From: Candidatus Aceula meridiana
GTDB taxonomy: Bacteria; Omnitrophota; Gorgyraeia; Zapsychrales; Aceulaceae
Assembly (NCBI GenBank): GCA_030765185.1
Contig: JAVCDE010000024.1
Span: 187,538-251,537 of the forward strand
Direction of reading: 5' to 3'
Length of the DNA: 64,000 nucleotides
Within the stretch, counting starts at the first letter, position 1. Each line of letters opens with the position of its first letter. Shown here piece by piece: positions 12,070 through 21,690 of the stretch. Position numbers and translations under genes: made by a program. The notes under the pieces are model-generated. The model saw only the letters and a list, made by a program, of their open reading frames with translations, was not told the DNA's origin and ran no database searches.

Positions 12070-13311
12070 TTAACGTTTAATAACGCGATGTTGTTCAACA
12101 AGGTTAATCAAAGCGCGTGTTAACTTTTCCGCGTCATGACGAACATAATCACTAACGCCTAACAAATCTTCCGCAACAGCTTTGCACCCCATGGCCTTAA
12201 TCTTTCCAGCATCTGGATTAACCGGATACGAATTCTCGCCCTGATACTTTTTCAAAAATTCTGCTGGCGCAATCGCGGAATTGATCAAACAGGCGTCAAC
12301 AACTTTATTGCTGGCGTGACTATGCAATGCCTCTAAATGTTCTGAAGCGCTATAGCCCTCGGTCTCGCCTTCCTGGGTCATAACATTGCAAATATAAATT
12401 TTAAATGCCGAGGAATTTTCAAGGGCTTCAGTCATTCCATTAATGATCAAATTTGGAATAATACTCGTATACAAACTTCCTGGCCCTAAAATAACAACAT
12501 CCGCACTCGCAATAGCATCTAAGGCATCTTGTGTCGGCTTGGCATCTTCAGGCTTCAAATAAAGATGTTTAATTCGACTGTTTGCTTTCGGAATCTTTGC
12601 CTCGCCCTCGGTTTGTGAACCATCCTCATACTCAGCAACAAGGTTAACGTTACTTACCGTTGAAGGGACAACTTTTCCACGGATAGCCAAAACTTTACTA
12701 GACTCCTTCACAGCTTTTTCAAAATCACCACCGGTTAACTGCACCATAGCTGTTAAAAAAAGATTTCCAAAATTATGCCCTTGAAGCTGCGAGCCTTTTG
12801 GAAAGCGAAACTGAAACAAATCGCCCATCAATGCCGGCGCATCGGCTAACGCCACAAGGCAATTACGAATATCTCCGGGGGCCACAATGTTAAATTCTTC
12901 ACGCAAACGGCCGGATGACCCACCACTGTCAGCGACGGTAACAACAGCTGTCAAGTTAGCTGTATATTCTTTTAAGCCAAGAAGCAAATTCGAAAGCCCA
13001 TGGCCACCACCAATGGCTACAATCTTCGGCCCTCGTTCGAGATACCTTCGCTGGTAAAGAATATTAACCAGATCCCTTTCTCTCTCAGGCAAAAAAACCG
13101 TTATCAAGGAAACAATGATCTTTCCAATTCCTAAAACAACAAATACAACCCCACATACAATAATGACAAAACCAAAAAAACTAACCATCTTATAGGCATC
13201 AGCTGCAAAAATAGCACCCAAGGCTACAATAAAAATTCCGAGTAAAGTCATCAGCAGCCATCGCTTAACGCGCATCCCCGGATAAAACCATTTAACAATA
13301 TTATTAATCAT
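12070..13311 (-). CDS. YvcK/CofD-family gluconeogenesis-factor-like protein with an N-terminal extension of ~90 aa containing two TM helices
   Basis: VAIGGGHGLSNLLLGLK...VADSGGSSGRLR motif block. Two hydrophobic helices precede it (LLMTLLGIFIVALGAIF; FFGFVIIVCGVVFVVLGIGKIIV). Confidence 0.7.
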   Translation of the reverse strand: MINNIVKWFYPGMRVKRWLLMTLLGIFIVALGAIFAADAYKMVSFFGFVIIVCGVVFVVLGIGKIIVSLITVFLPERERDLVNILYQRRYLERGPKIVAIGGGHGLSNLLLGLKEYTANLTAVVTVADSGGSSGRLREEFNIVAPGDIRNCLVALADAPALMGDLFQFRFPKGSQLQGHNFGNLFLTAMVQLTGGDFEKAVKESSKVLAIRGKVVPSTVSNVNLVAEYEDGSQTEGEAKIPKANSRIKHLYLKPEDAKPTQDALDAIASADVVILGPGSLYTSIIPNLIINGMTEALENSSAFKIYICNVMTQEGETEGYSASEHLEALHSHASNKVVDACLINSAIAPAEFLKKYQGENSYPVNPDAGKIKAMGCKAVAEDLLGVSDYVRHDAEKLTRALINLVEQHRVIKR

Positions 13312-13399
13312 GGCAATATATTACGTTCGATAGAAATTTGACTAATCCGAAAGACACCTTAATCATCTTATCGGTGTTGGCCCTGAACTAACTTGGACA

Positions 13400-13870
13400 T
13401 TAGCCGATACGTTCATCCTCGAGGGCGATGAGCTTTAGGACAGCTTTAACATTTTCAGCTGACTTAAGGTTGTCTCTAAAAAATTTATCTTTGAGAAGAC
13501 GCGAAATTCTAGCCAACGCTTTTAAATGCGGCCCGGCAGAATCAATAGGCGCGATAAGAAGAAAGAAAATATGGGCAGGTTCCCCATCTAAAGAATCAAA
13601 ATTAACGCCATTTTTGCTGATGCCTAAACTGGCTGTTAATTTTTCCATCCCGTCAAACTTGGCATGCGGGATAGCAACGCCCTGACCAATTGCAGTAGAG
13701 CCCAGCTCCTCCCTCGCCATAATAATATCAAAAACCTTTGCTCTGTTCTTTTTGTCGACAACATTCGAATCAATTAAAAGGTCAATCATTTCGCGAACAA
13801 CATCTTTTTTAGTCGACGCTTTTAGGTCAACCGAGATCGCCTTCTTGCAAAGAAAATCACCTAGTCTCAT
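13400..13870 (-). CDS. ptsN: PTS EIIA-Ntr-type (fructose-family) IIA protein
   Basis: Active-site GQGVAIPHAKFDG. Start set at MRLGDF (ATG 13868-13870, preceded by GGAGGAATA). The longer track ORF runs into tRNA-Gly and is an artefact. Confidence 0.8.
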   Translation of the reverse strand: MRLGDFLCKKAISVDLKASTKKDVVREMIDLLIDSNVVDKKNRAKVFDIIMAREELGSTAIGQGVAIPHAKFDGMEKLTASLGISKNGVNFDSLDGEPAHIFFLLIAPIDSAGPHLKALARISRLLKDKFFRDNLKSAENVKAVLKLIALEDERIG

Positions 13871-13918
13871 TATTCCTCCTTGAAAAACGTGGATATTTTT
13901 TAAAAAAAATAAAAAGAG

Positions 13919-13988
13919 CGGCGAATGGGGCTCGAACCCATGACATCTACCTTGGCAAGGTAGCATTCTACCACTGAATTACCGCCGC
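13919..13988 (-). tRNA. tRNA-Gly (GCC)
   Basis: Reverse complement GCGGCGGTAATTCAGTGGTAGAATGCTACCTTGCCAAGGTAGATGTCATGGGTTCGAGCCCCATTCGCCGCT. The anticodon loop matches tRNA-Gly-GCC. CCA is not encoded. Confidence 0.8.
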
Positions 13989-14015
13989 AAATCTTTTGTT
14001 CCATTGATTTCAAAG

Positions 14016-14096
14016 TGGGCGGAAGAGGACTTGAACCTCCATGAGTTTCCCCACTAGTTCCTAAGACTAGCGCGTCTACCATTCCGCCATCCGCCC
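14016..14096 (-). tRNA. tRNA-Leu (TAG), long variable arm
   Basis: Reverse complement GGGCGGATGGCGGAATGGTAGACGCGCTAGTCTTAGGAACTAGTGGGGAAACTCATGGAGGTTCAAGTCCTCTTCCGCCCA. Anticodon loop CTTAGGA. Confidence 0.8.
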
Positions 14097-14138
14097 GTAA
14101 AAAGTTTATCATCGCCGATAAAGCTGACGGAATAAAAT

Positions 14139-14214
14139 TGGTGACCCACCCGCGACTTGAACGCGGCACACCAGCCTTAAAAGGGCTGTGCTCTACCGGA
14201 TGAGCTAGTGGGTC
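14139..14214 (-). tRNA. tRNA-Lys (TTT), CCA encoded
   Basis: Reverse complement GACCCACTAGCTCATCCGGTAGAGCACAGCCCTTTTAAGGCTGGTGTGCCGCGTTCAAGTCGCGGGTGGGTCACCA. Confidence 0.8.
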
Positions 14215-14347
14215 AAAAATATCAACCCTAATTTTTCATTTGGATATTTTTTCATTTTAAATCATAAAATAAAAATATACAAATAGAAAACGCCTTATGG
14301 CGAGGGTAACCCCGCAAATCTTTAAAAATTAAAACACTGCGGCCCTA

Positions 14348-14377
14348 TGGGCGGATTTTGCATTAGCAAAATCCGGG
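14348..14377 (-). terminator. Hairpin (CGGATTTTGC-ATTA-GCAAAATCCG) immediately downstream of frr. Possible terminator, but the U-tract is weak.
   Basis: 10-bp perfect inverted repeat about 10 nt after the frr stop. Confidence 0.3.
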
Positions 14378-14385
14378 TCAAATAA

Positions 14386-14952
14386 CTATTTGCCGAAGTC
14401 TTCAAGCTCTTTATCTTTAGCTTCTAAAATGCCTTCAACTTCTTTAATGTATTTATCTGTCAATTTCTGAACCTGATCATGTGCTAAAAACCCATCATCT
14501 TCAGAAATGGTCTTATCCTGTTCAAACTTTTTAATTTTATCATTAGCTTCTCGGCGGATAGAACGAACTGAAACACGCCCCTTCTCTGCCATGTCTTTAA
14601 CAACCCTGACAAGTTCATCACGACGCTCTCTCGACAATGAAGGAATGTTTAAACGAATCATTTTTCCATCATTAGACGGCATAATGCCCAACTTTGAATT
14701 TGTAATAGCTTTTTCAATCGGTTCAATAGCACCAGGATCCCATGGCTGAATCAAAACAGTCTTGGCATCTGGAACGGTAATGGAAGCAACCTGCTTAATC
14801 ATCGTGGGCGTACCATAGTAATCAGCATGAAGCCCTTCGATTAACCCTGGATGAGCCCGGCCAGTTCTTACCTCGGCAAACTCTCGAGAAACGGACTGAA
14901 TAGTTTTTTTCATCTTATCTTCTATTTGATGGATAAATTCTTTAATTGCCAT
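14386..14952 (-). CDS. frr: Ribosome recycling factor
   Basis: Full-length similarity to Frr (188 aa). Confidence 0.9.
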   Translation of the reverse strand: MAIKEFIHQIEDKMKKTIQSVSREFAEVRTGRAHPGLIEGLHADYYGTPTMIKQVASITVPDAKTVLIQPWDPGAIEPIEKAITNSKLGIMPSNDGKMIRLNIPSLSRERRDELVRVVKDMAEKGRVSVRSIRREANDKIKKFEQDKTISEDDGFLAHDQVQKLTDKYIKEVEGILEAKDKELEDFGK

Positions 14953-14968
14953 ATCCTCACCCTCCGTT

Positions 14969-15697
14969 TTAGTTGACGGTTGTTCCTATTTTCTCACCGA
15001 AAACAGCTCGCTTAATATTTCCTTTTTTTGTCAAATTAAAAACAACAATAGGTAAATTATTATCCATACACATACTAATCGCTGTCGCATCCATAACTCT
15101 TAAATTTTTCTTTAATGCATCAATAAATTTAATATTTTTAAATTTTTTGGCATTTTTATCTTTCATCGGATCAGCGGAATACACACCGTCAACTTTCGTT
15201 GCTTTTAAAATAACCTCAGCCCCAATTTCTTTAGCTCTAAGCGCCGCCGCTGTATCGGTTGTAAAATATGGATTCCCAGTTCCAGCAACAAAAATAACAA
15301 TACGATTTTTCTCTAAATGGCGCATCGCGCGTCTTCGAAGATACGGCTCTGCAACAGCATGAATATCTAAAGCAGTCATAACCCTTGCCGAAACGCCAAT
15401 TTGCTCTAAAGCATTCTGTAAGGCAAGGCCATTTAATACCGTAGCCAACATGCCCATATAATCAGCAACAGACCGATCAAGCCCAAACTTCTTTGATTCA
15501 AGTTGTCCACGGAAAATATTACCACCGCCAACAACAAGCGCAATTTTTACATTCGCTTTCCAAATTTCCTTAACCTGTATGGCCAAAGAAGCACATACCT
15601 CAGCATCGATTCCATGACCTTGCTTTCCCTGCATGGCCTCACCGCTAAGCTTCAAAAGAATGCGCTTGTAGATGGGTTTTTTACTTAACTTCGCCAA
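14969..15697 (-). CDS. pyrH: UMP kinase
   Basis: [12 protein letters not shown]...[10 protein letters not shown] motifs. The track start is a TTG at 15748, which would overlap tsf by 68 nt. A TTG at 15695-15697 gives an E. coli-like N-terminus ([16 protein letters not shown]). Start uncertain. Confidence 0.8.
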   Translation of the reverse strand: MAKLSKKPIYKRILLKLSGEAMQGKQGHGIDAEVCASLAIQVKEIWKANVKIALVVGGGNIFRGQLESKKFGLDRSVADYMGMLATVLNGLALQNALEQIGVSARVMTALDIHAVAEPYLRRRAMRHLEKNRIVIFVAGTGNPYFTTDTAAALRAKEIGAEVILKATKVDGVYSADPMKDKNAKKFKNIKFIDALKKNLRVMDATAISMCMDNNLPIVVFNLTKKGNIKRAVFGEKIGTTVN

Positions 15698-16214
15698 CTT
15701 TAAACCTTTCGAAACGGCTGATGAGCATATTTTCGCCAATTTTAGCAACGAGCGTATTAAGATAATCCTGGATAGTCATTTTCGGATCTTTAACAAAAGG
15801 CTGCTCCATAAGACAAGATTCTTTAACAAAAGCGTCTGGATCTTTTTGCTCTTTAAGAACATCTTCGGGGATGTCTTCTTTTCGAATATAGGTCGGATTC
15901 ATTGCCGCAATGTGCATCGCAACATCTTTAGTAAACTTACAGAAATCTTCATTCTTGGCCACAAAATCTGTTTCGCAATTAGCTTCTAGCATAACGCCAA
16001 TTTTTGCACCTAGATGAATATAAGCTTCAACGCGGCCTTCATTAGTGCTGCGGCTTCCTTTTTTTACGGCTAACTCAAGCCCTCTTTTTCTGAGAAATTC
16101 CTTGGCTTTTTGCAAATCGCCTCCGACATGCTCTAAGGCCTTTTTACATTCCATAACTCCGCAAGAAGTCATTTCTCTTAATTCTTTAATAATATCTGCT
16201 GTTATTGTCATCAA
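15681..16214 (-). CDS. tsf: Elongation factor Ts (short form)
   Basis: N-terminal UBA-like [25 protein letters not shown] and the EF-Ts dimerisation core. Confidence 0.85.
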   Translation of the reverse strand: MMTITADIIKELREMTSCGVMECKKALEHVGGDLQKAKEFLRKRGLELAVKKGSRSTNEGRVEAYIHLGAKIGVMLEANCETDFVAKNEDFCKFTKDVAMHIAAMNPTYIRKEDIPEDVLKEQKDPDAFVKESCLMEQPFVKDPKMTIQDYLNTLVAKIGENMLISRFERFKVGEVK

Positions 16215-16265
16215 AAAAATCCTTTCTTATGCCAATCTTATATCTTTGATAAGAGTAGCTTGTTC

Positions 16266-17045
16266 TTAAGAAGTGGCTGGTGCTTCTTTGCTCGATTTTT
16301 CTTCTGAGGCCTTTGGCTTATCGGAAGCTTGAGCTTTCTTCTCCATCGAGACGCTCGTCATATATCCTTTACGGCCTTCAATAATACTATCTGTAATAAG
16401 GGTCATAATCGTGCGGATAGATTTCAAGGCATCGTCATTACCTGGAATCGGATAAGCAACAGCATCAGGGTTACAATTTGTATCCAGAATAGCGACTACA
16501 GGGATGCCTAATTTATTCGCTTCGCGGACAGCAATTTCTTCCTTTTTGGTGTCAACAACAAATACCGCTTGAGGCAAAGTTTTCATCTCGCGAATACCGT
16601 CAAGATCTCTGGCTAATTTATTCTTTTCTTTAGTGATGCTGGCAATCTCTTTCTTTGTTAATTTTTCGGCAACACCGTTTTCTAAAATATTCTCGAATCG
16701 AAAAAGCTTGTCCAAAGACTTCTTAGAAGTCTCAAAATTTGTCAAAAGTCCACCGGGCCAGCGATAATTCATATAGAACATGTCCGAACGTTTGGCCTCT
16801 TGGCAGATAATGTCTTGCGCCTGCCGTTTTGTTCCCACAAAAAGAACGCGGCCGCCTTTAGCTGTGACCTCTTGAAGAAAATCACATGCCTCATGCAGAC
16901 ATTCTACAGTTTTTTCCAAATCAATAATATAAATTTTGCTTCGGGCCCCGAAAATGAAAGGCTTCATTTTAGGGTTCCATCGCTTAGTTTGATGGCCAAA
17001 GTGGACACCGGCTTCTAGTAAACTTTTGATTAATTCATTTGCCAT
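16266..17045 (-). CDS. rpsB: 30S ribosomal protein S2
   Basis: LLEAGVHFGHQTKRWNPKM signature. Confidence 0.9.
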   Translation of the reverse strand: MANELIKSLLEAGVHFGHQTKRWNPKMKPFIFGARSKIYIIDLEKTVECLHEACDFLQEVTAKGGRVLFVGTKRQAQDIICQEAKRSDMFYMNYRWPGGLLTNFETSKKSLDKLFRFENILENGVAEKLTKKEIASITKEKNKLARDLDGIREMKTLPQAVFVVDTKKEEIAVREANKLGIPVVAILDTNCNPDAVAYPIPGNDDALKSIRTIMTLITDSIIEGRKGYMTSVSMEKKAQASDKPKASEEKSSKEAPATS

Positions 17046-17200
17046 ACGCTTCTTTAAACTCCTTTTTTCTTAGTTATTTAATATTATATATGTTTATATA
17101 CTTAATTTTTTAATTTACCTAGTATACAAAAGAATTAATTTTTATGCAATAGTTTATTTTTTATTCATTTTTTAATAAAAACGGGCATTTTTGGAAGGTT

Positions 17201-18994
17201 TTACATCTGGAACTGGGTCTCATAAAGCTTTTTATACAGCGGGCAGTCTTTAAGAAGTTCAGCATGCGGCCCTAAACCTACCATGCCTTCGTTTTGAAGA
17301 ACTGCAATTTTAGTAGCTTTCTTGATCGTAGAAAGTCTGTGAGCGATGCAGACAACAGTGCGTCCCTTCATCAGTTCATCCAGTGCCTCTTGAACATATT
17401 TCTCAGATTCTGAATCTAATTGCGAAGTCGCCTCATCTAAAATAAGAATTGGCGGATTTTTTAAAATTGCCCTAGCAATGGCAATGCGTTGCTTTTCGCC
17501 ACCGGAAAGACGAAAACCACGGTCACCAATAACAGTCTCGTAACCTTCTGGCATGTCTAAAATAAAATCATGAGCAAAGGCCTTTTTAGCAGCTTCCTCC
17601 ACTTGATCCTGAGATGCCTCGAGATGTCCATAAGTGATATTTGCCTTAACCGTATCATTAAACAGAATCGTCTCCTGCGTTACAATGCCAATCTGATTGC
17701 GTAAAGATTTAAAAGTAACATCTCTTAAATCAATCCCATCAGCAAGAATCACTCCTTCGATGGGATCATAAAAACGCGGAATCAAGTTAACTAAGGTAGA
17801 TTTCCCAACGCCAGTAGGCCCTACAATCGCAACAATTTCCCCAACATTAATTTCTAGGTTAATTCCCTTAAAAATAAGATTATCCTCATCGCTGTAGCGG
17901 AATGCTGCGTCTTTAATGCTAATGCCTTTTTGAATACTCCCAAGCACATGGGCATTCTCTTTTTCGGCAACAGTTGGTTTCGCATTTAAAACATCATGAA
18001 TGCGCTCGTTAGCAGCTAAGGCCTGCTGGACAATCGCGTTAACATTGCTAAGTTTTTTTATTGGGCTGAGCATCGACATAAGGGCTCCGAAAAACAAGCC
18101 AAACACACCAAAAGAAACCTGACCACTGATGACCTGGCGACCAATCCACAACATTACACCGGCCCCAGCTGTTGCTCCAACAAGCTCTGTAATCGGGCTG
18201 ATTGCGAGTGTGCGCTTGACAGATTTCATCTTTAATTTATAAAAATCATGATTCTGCCCCTTAAAGCGTTTTGTCTCATAGTCTTCCATTCCAAAGGCCT
18301 TAACAACCCGAACTCCGGAAATTGTTTCTAAAAGAAGAGAGTTAATATCTGCCATTTTCCCTTGAGACTTAAATGAAAGCTTTTTAAGCCTACGCCCAAT
18401 TTGCCGCATGGGGACAGCAATGAAGAATCCTAAAGCAATCGCAGCTAAAAAAACCTTTGGATAAATCGAAAGAATAATTGTTGTAAAAATAAGAAGACGG
18501 AAAGATTGATAAAAAAGGTCGATAATTCCGTAAGAAACTGCATTCTCGACGATAGAAACATCATTAGTAATACGAGAAATAAGCTCCCCTGTTCGTTTCT
18601 TGCTAAAATAATCTAAAGAAAGATTTTGAATTGTCTGATAAAGCTTCAGACGCATATCCCTCATAACGCGCTGCGAGACCTCATTCATCAAATAGCCTTG
18701 CGCAAAAAGAAAGAATCCCTTCAAGATAAAAAGCCCTAAAAGACTAAAAGCAAAGATAGTCAGCAATTGCTCTGAAGGAGTCGCATTGATCTTAGCTATA
18801 ATATCATTAATAAATTGCGGGGCCTGCCCAGGGAACGTAATTTCCCCTTTTCCTAAAATCTTATCCGTTACCGGAACGATAAGGGAAAGCTGAAGCCCAT
18901 CAAAAATAGCCGAAAAGAACATGCATCCAGCGGCCAAAACCAAAATACGGACATGCCCTTTAAGAAACTTGAGTAATTTTATATAATTTGACAT
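17201..18994 (-). CDS. ABC transporter permease/ATPase, MsbA-like lipid exporter
   Basis: Six-TM domain plus Walker A GPTGVGKST, signature LSGGEKQRIAIAR and Walker B ILILDEATS. Confidence 0.8.
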   Translation of the reverse strand: MSNYIKLLKFLKGHVRILVLAAGCMFFSAIFDGLQLSLIVPVTDKILGKGEITFPGQAPQFINDIIAKINATPSEQLLTIFAFSLLGLFILKGFFLFAQGYLMNEVSQRVMRDMRLKLYQTIQNLSLDYFSKKRTGELISRITNDVSIVENAVSYGIIDLFYQSFRLLIFTTIILSIYPKVFLAAIALGFFIAVPMRQIGRRLKKLSFKSQGKMADINSLLLETISGVRVVKAFGMEDYETKRFKGQNHDFYKLKMKSVKRTLAISPITELVGATAGAGVMLWIGRQVISGQVSFGVFGLFFGALMSMLSPIKKLSNVNAIVQQALAANERIHDVLNAKPTVAEKENAHVLGSIQKGISIKDAAFRYSDEDNLIFKGINLEINVGEIVAIVGPTGVGKSTLVNLIPRFYDPIEGVILADGIDLRDVTFKSLRNQIGIVTQETILFNDTVKANITYGHLEASQDQVEEAAKKAFAHDFILDMPEGYETVIGDRGFRLSGGEKQRIAIARAILKNPPILILDEATSQLDSESEKYVQEALDELMKGRTVVCIAHRLSTIKKATKIAVLQNEGMVGLGPHAELLKDCPLYKKLYETQFQM

Positions 18995-19050
18995 TTTCCT
19001 ATTATTAATAAATTTAAAATTTTATAATGGGGTAAATCGTAGCATACCGA

Positions 19051-19079
19051 TTGACTTTTGTCGAGTGATTTGTTATAGT
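19051..19079 (+). promoter_or_regulatory. Sigma70-like promoter for the Gfo/Idh/MocA-lpxB operon
   Basis: TTGACT (19051-56), a 17 nt spacer, then TATAGT (19074-79), about 35 nt upstream of the ATG at 19115. Confidence 0.45.
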
Positions 19080-19114
19080 GCTCACTATACTTTTTAACAT
19101 TATATTAATATTCT

Positions 19115-20047
19115 ATGAAAAATAAACTCAAAGTTGCTGTTGTTGGAATTGGACACCTTGGTGCCCGACATCTTAAGATCTATAGCGAACTGGCAGGCCA
19201 AGTAGAATTAGTCGGTGTCTGCGATATTAAGCACAGACGCACCCAGAAACTTGCCGAGCATTACAAAATTCCTTTTTTTAAAAAACATACAGACCTTATT
19301 GGTAAGGTTAACGCTGTTAACGTCTGCACCCCCACGTCCGCGCATTATGATGTCGCTAAAGATTTTCTTGAAGCCGGCATCCATGTTCTTGTCGAAAAAC
19401 CTATTACAACGACTATTGAACAAGCAGATAACCTAATTGCTTTGGCGGAAAAAAACAAATGCACCTTACAGGTTGGGCATGTTGAAAGATTTAATTCCGC
19501 TTTTGAAGGCATCAAACATTTTGCTAAAAACCCACGGTTTATTGAGTGTCACAGGCTTAACCGTTTTCCTAATCGCTCCTTAGACGTCGGTGTTGTCATG
19601 GACTTGATGATTCATGATATTGATATTATTTTAGGGCTAACGTCTTCTAAGGTAGAACGTGCTGAAGCCGTTGGCGTAAAAGTCTTGACTAAATTAGAAG
19701 ATATCGCTAATGCCCGCGTTACTTTTGAAAATGGTTGCGTCTGCAACTTAACAGCTAGCCGTGTTTCTGACGAGGTAATGCGCAAAATTCGTATTTTTCT
19801 TCCAAACGCCTATATTTCTCTAGATTATGTTAAGCAGGAAGCCTTTATTTATAAGAAATTTGGAAAACTTATCACCAAGCATGCTCTTCCAATTGAAAAA
19901 GAAGAACCTCTAAAAAAAGAACTTGTCTCCTTCATCAATTGCATTCAAAAAAAGAAAAAACCAATCGTCTCCGGTGTTGAAGCCCGCGATGCTCTAAAGC
20001 TTGCTTTGCAAATTACCAAAGACCTATGGGACAGAACAATCATCTAA
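19115..20047 (+). CDS. Gfo/Idh/MocA-family NAD(P)-dependent oxidoreductase (possibly a GnnA-like UDP-GlcNAc 3-dehydrogenase)
   Basis: N-terminal Rossmann LKVAVVGIGHLGARH, the EKP motif and a C-terminal alpha/beta domain. Overlaps lpxB by 22 nt. Confidence 0.7.
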   Translation: MKNKLKVAVVGIGHLGARHLKIYSELAGQVELVGVCDIKHRRTQKLAEHYKIPFFKKHTDLIGKVNAVNVCTPTSAHYDVAKDFLEAGIHVLVEKPITTTIEQADNLIALAEKNKCTLQVGHVERFNSAFEGIKHFAKNPRFIECHRLNRFPNRSLDVGVVMDLMIHDIDIILGLTSSKVERAEAVGVKVLTKLEDIANARVTFENGCVCNLTASRVSDEVMRKIRIFLPNAYISLDYVKQEAFIYKKFGKLITKHALPIEKEEPLKKELVSFINCIQKKKKPIVSGVEARDALKLALQITKDLWDRTII

Positions 20048-21162
20048 TCATTGTTGCCGGCGAAGCATCCGGCGATACACACGCAGCTCATCTCGTTGAA
20101 GCTATCAAAACTATCAATCCAAAAATAACTTTTTCCGGGTTAGGTGGTCCCAAGATGCATGACGCTGGAGTTGAACTTTATGAAGATTTAACAAAGTTCG
20201 CTGTTGTGGGATTTATTGAAGTTTTACGCCATCTAGGAACATTTCGCAAAAACTTCAGCCTCATTCTCAAAAAAGTCAAAGAAACAAATGCCGAGGCTGT
20301 CATTTTAGTAGACTATCCGGGATTTAACCTACGGCTAGCCAAAGAATTAAAAAAACTTAACGTCAAGGTCATCTATTACATCAGTCCTCAAGTTTGGGCA
20401 TGGAAGGAAAGCCGCGTCAAGCTTATCCGTGAAGTTGTTGATAAAATGATTGTTCTCTTTCCTTTTGAAAAGGACTTTTATCACAAGCACGGCCTCGAAG
20501 TTTCTTATGTCGGACACCCACTTGTAAACGCTGTTTATGCAAAAACACCTAAAGAAAATATTCTTGAAAAGCTTAGGCTCTCAGCCGTAAAAACAACTGT
20601 AGGGCTCTTGCCGGGATCACGCATTAAAGAAATTAAAAGCCTTCTACCTGTAATGATAAAAAGCGCCGAACTTCTCTACCAAGAAAACCCTAAGCTTCAA
20701 TTTATCGTTGTCAGGGCTCCTGGAATTAACCTTTCCATTTTTGAAAAATATCTTCCTGAAAAACTACCCATAAAAATATTTGATGAAAATTTTTATGATG
20801 GAATTAACGCAACAGATGTCTGCATGGTCGCCTCTGGTACGGCAACCCTAGAAACTGCTCTTCTTGAAAAACCCATGGTGGTTATCTACAAAACTTCGTT
20901 GATAACCTGGGCCATGGCCAAACTCCTTATTAAAATTCCTTATATCGGTTTGGTTAATGTTGTCGCAGGTGAAGAAATTGTACCAGAATGTATTCAGTTT
21001 GATGCAAGCCCAAAGAAAATCTCCAAAACTCTTAAAGAAATTCTTCCCCCTTCTTCCCGTCATGCGGCAATTGCCCAGGCTCTAGCTCAGGTAAAACACA
21101 GCCTCGGAGATCCAGGCGCGAATACACGCGCAGCACAAGAAATTATTAAATTTTTAAAGTAA
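20026..21162 (+). CDS. lpxB: Lipid-A-disaccharide synthase
   Basis: IVAGEASGDTHAAHLVEAIK N-terminus and a GT-B fold of about 380 aa. Confidence 0.85.
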   Translation: MGQNNHLIIVAGEASGDTHAAHLVEAIKTINPKITFSGLGGPKMHDAGVELYEDLTKFAVVGFIEVLRHLGTFRKNFSLILKKVKETNAEAVILVDYPGFNLRLAKELKKLNVKVIYYISPQVWAWKESRVKLIREVVDKMIVLFPFEKDFYHKHGLEVSYVGHPLVNAVYAKTPKENILEKLRLSAVKTTVGLLPGSRIKEIKSLLPVMIKSAELLYQENPKLQFIVVRAPGINLSIFEKYLPEKLPIKIFDENFYDGINATDVCMVASGTATLETALLEKPMVVIYKTSLITWAMAKLLIKIPYIGLVNVVAGEEIVPECIQFDASPKKISKTLKEILPPSSRHAAIAQALAQVKHSLGDPGANTRAAQEIIKFLK

Positions 21163-21173
21163 TTAAAAAAGAA

Positions 21174-21581
21174 TTAAACGCGGGAACCCTCTAAGTCTTG
21201 CATATGCTTAAGGAGTATGTCTTTTTCGATAGGCTTGGTAATAAAATCATCCCAACCCATATTGTATTTTTCCATCAAAGAATCTTTATAGGCTGTGATC
21301 ATCATGACGATGGCCTCTTTGACCTTTTCTTTTCTTTTTTCTTCTTCGCCACGCAGAGCTTTTAAAACTTCAAAGCCATCCATCCTGGGCATGGTGACAT
21401 CAAGCAAGACAAAATCAAAAGGCTTTTTGCTTTTAATGGCTTTTTTAAAAACATCGAGGGCTTCTTGGCCGCTAGTGGCAAGTGTGCATTTGGCGACACC
21501 TTTAAGAGCTTCTAAAAGTTTCTGTTGGTTGGCAAGGTCATCTTCGGCAACAAGAATTTTCCACATAGAATTTGCTTTCAA
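21174..21581 (-). CDS. Stand-alone response-regulator receiver domain protein (CheY-like)
   Basis: ILVAEDD...DFVLLDVTMPRMDG...K motif order. Confidence 0.7.
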   Translation of the reverse strand: MKANSMWKILVAEDDLANQQKLLEALKGVAKCTLATSGQEALDVFKKAIKSKKPFDFVLLDVTMPRMDGFEVLKALRGEEEKRKEKVKEAIVMMITAYKDSLMEKYNMGWDDFITKPIEKDILLKHMQDLEGSRV

Positions 21582-21690
21582 TAAATTTCTCTGAAGGTTA
21601 CTTTATTATAACCCTGTTTCTTTGCTGCCTAAGAATTTTTTTCTTTATTTAATGCCCTATATAATGCTACTCAAAAAAATGGCCTCTCGC

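Noticed and set aside
13900-14169. 89-aa minus-strand ORF
   Set aside because: It spans three tRNA genes. Its translated sequence is the tRNA cluster read as protein.
14220-14385. Possible small RNA (SRP, 6S or tmRNA) in the 165-nt spacer between tRNA-Lys and frr
   Set aside because: No conserved SRP, tmRNA or 6S sequence blocks are recognisable. Only a generic hairpin is present.
19031-19060. Third occurrence of TAGCATAC (gtagcataccgattgac) near the lpxB promoter, as a possible extra copy of the giant-gene upstream box
   Set aside because: Only the 8-mer matches. The flanks are not conserved, and about two chance occurrences of an 8-mer are expected in 64 kb on two strands.
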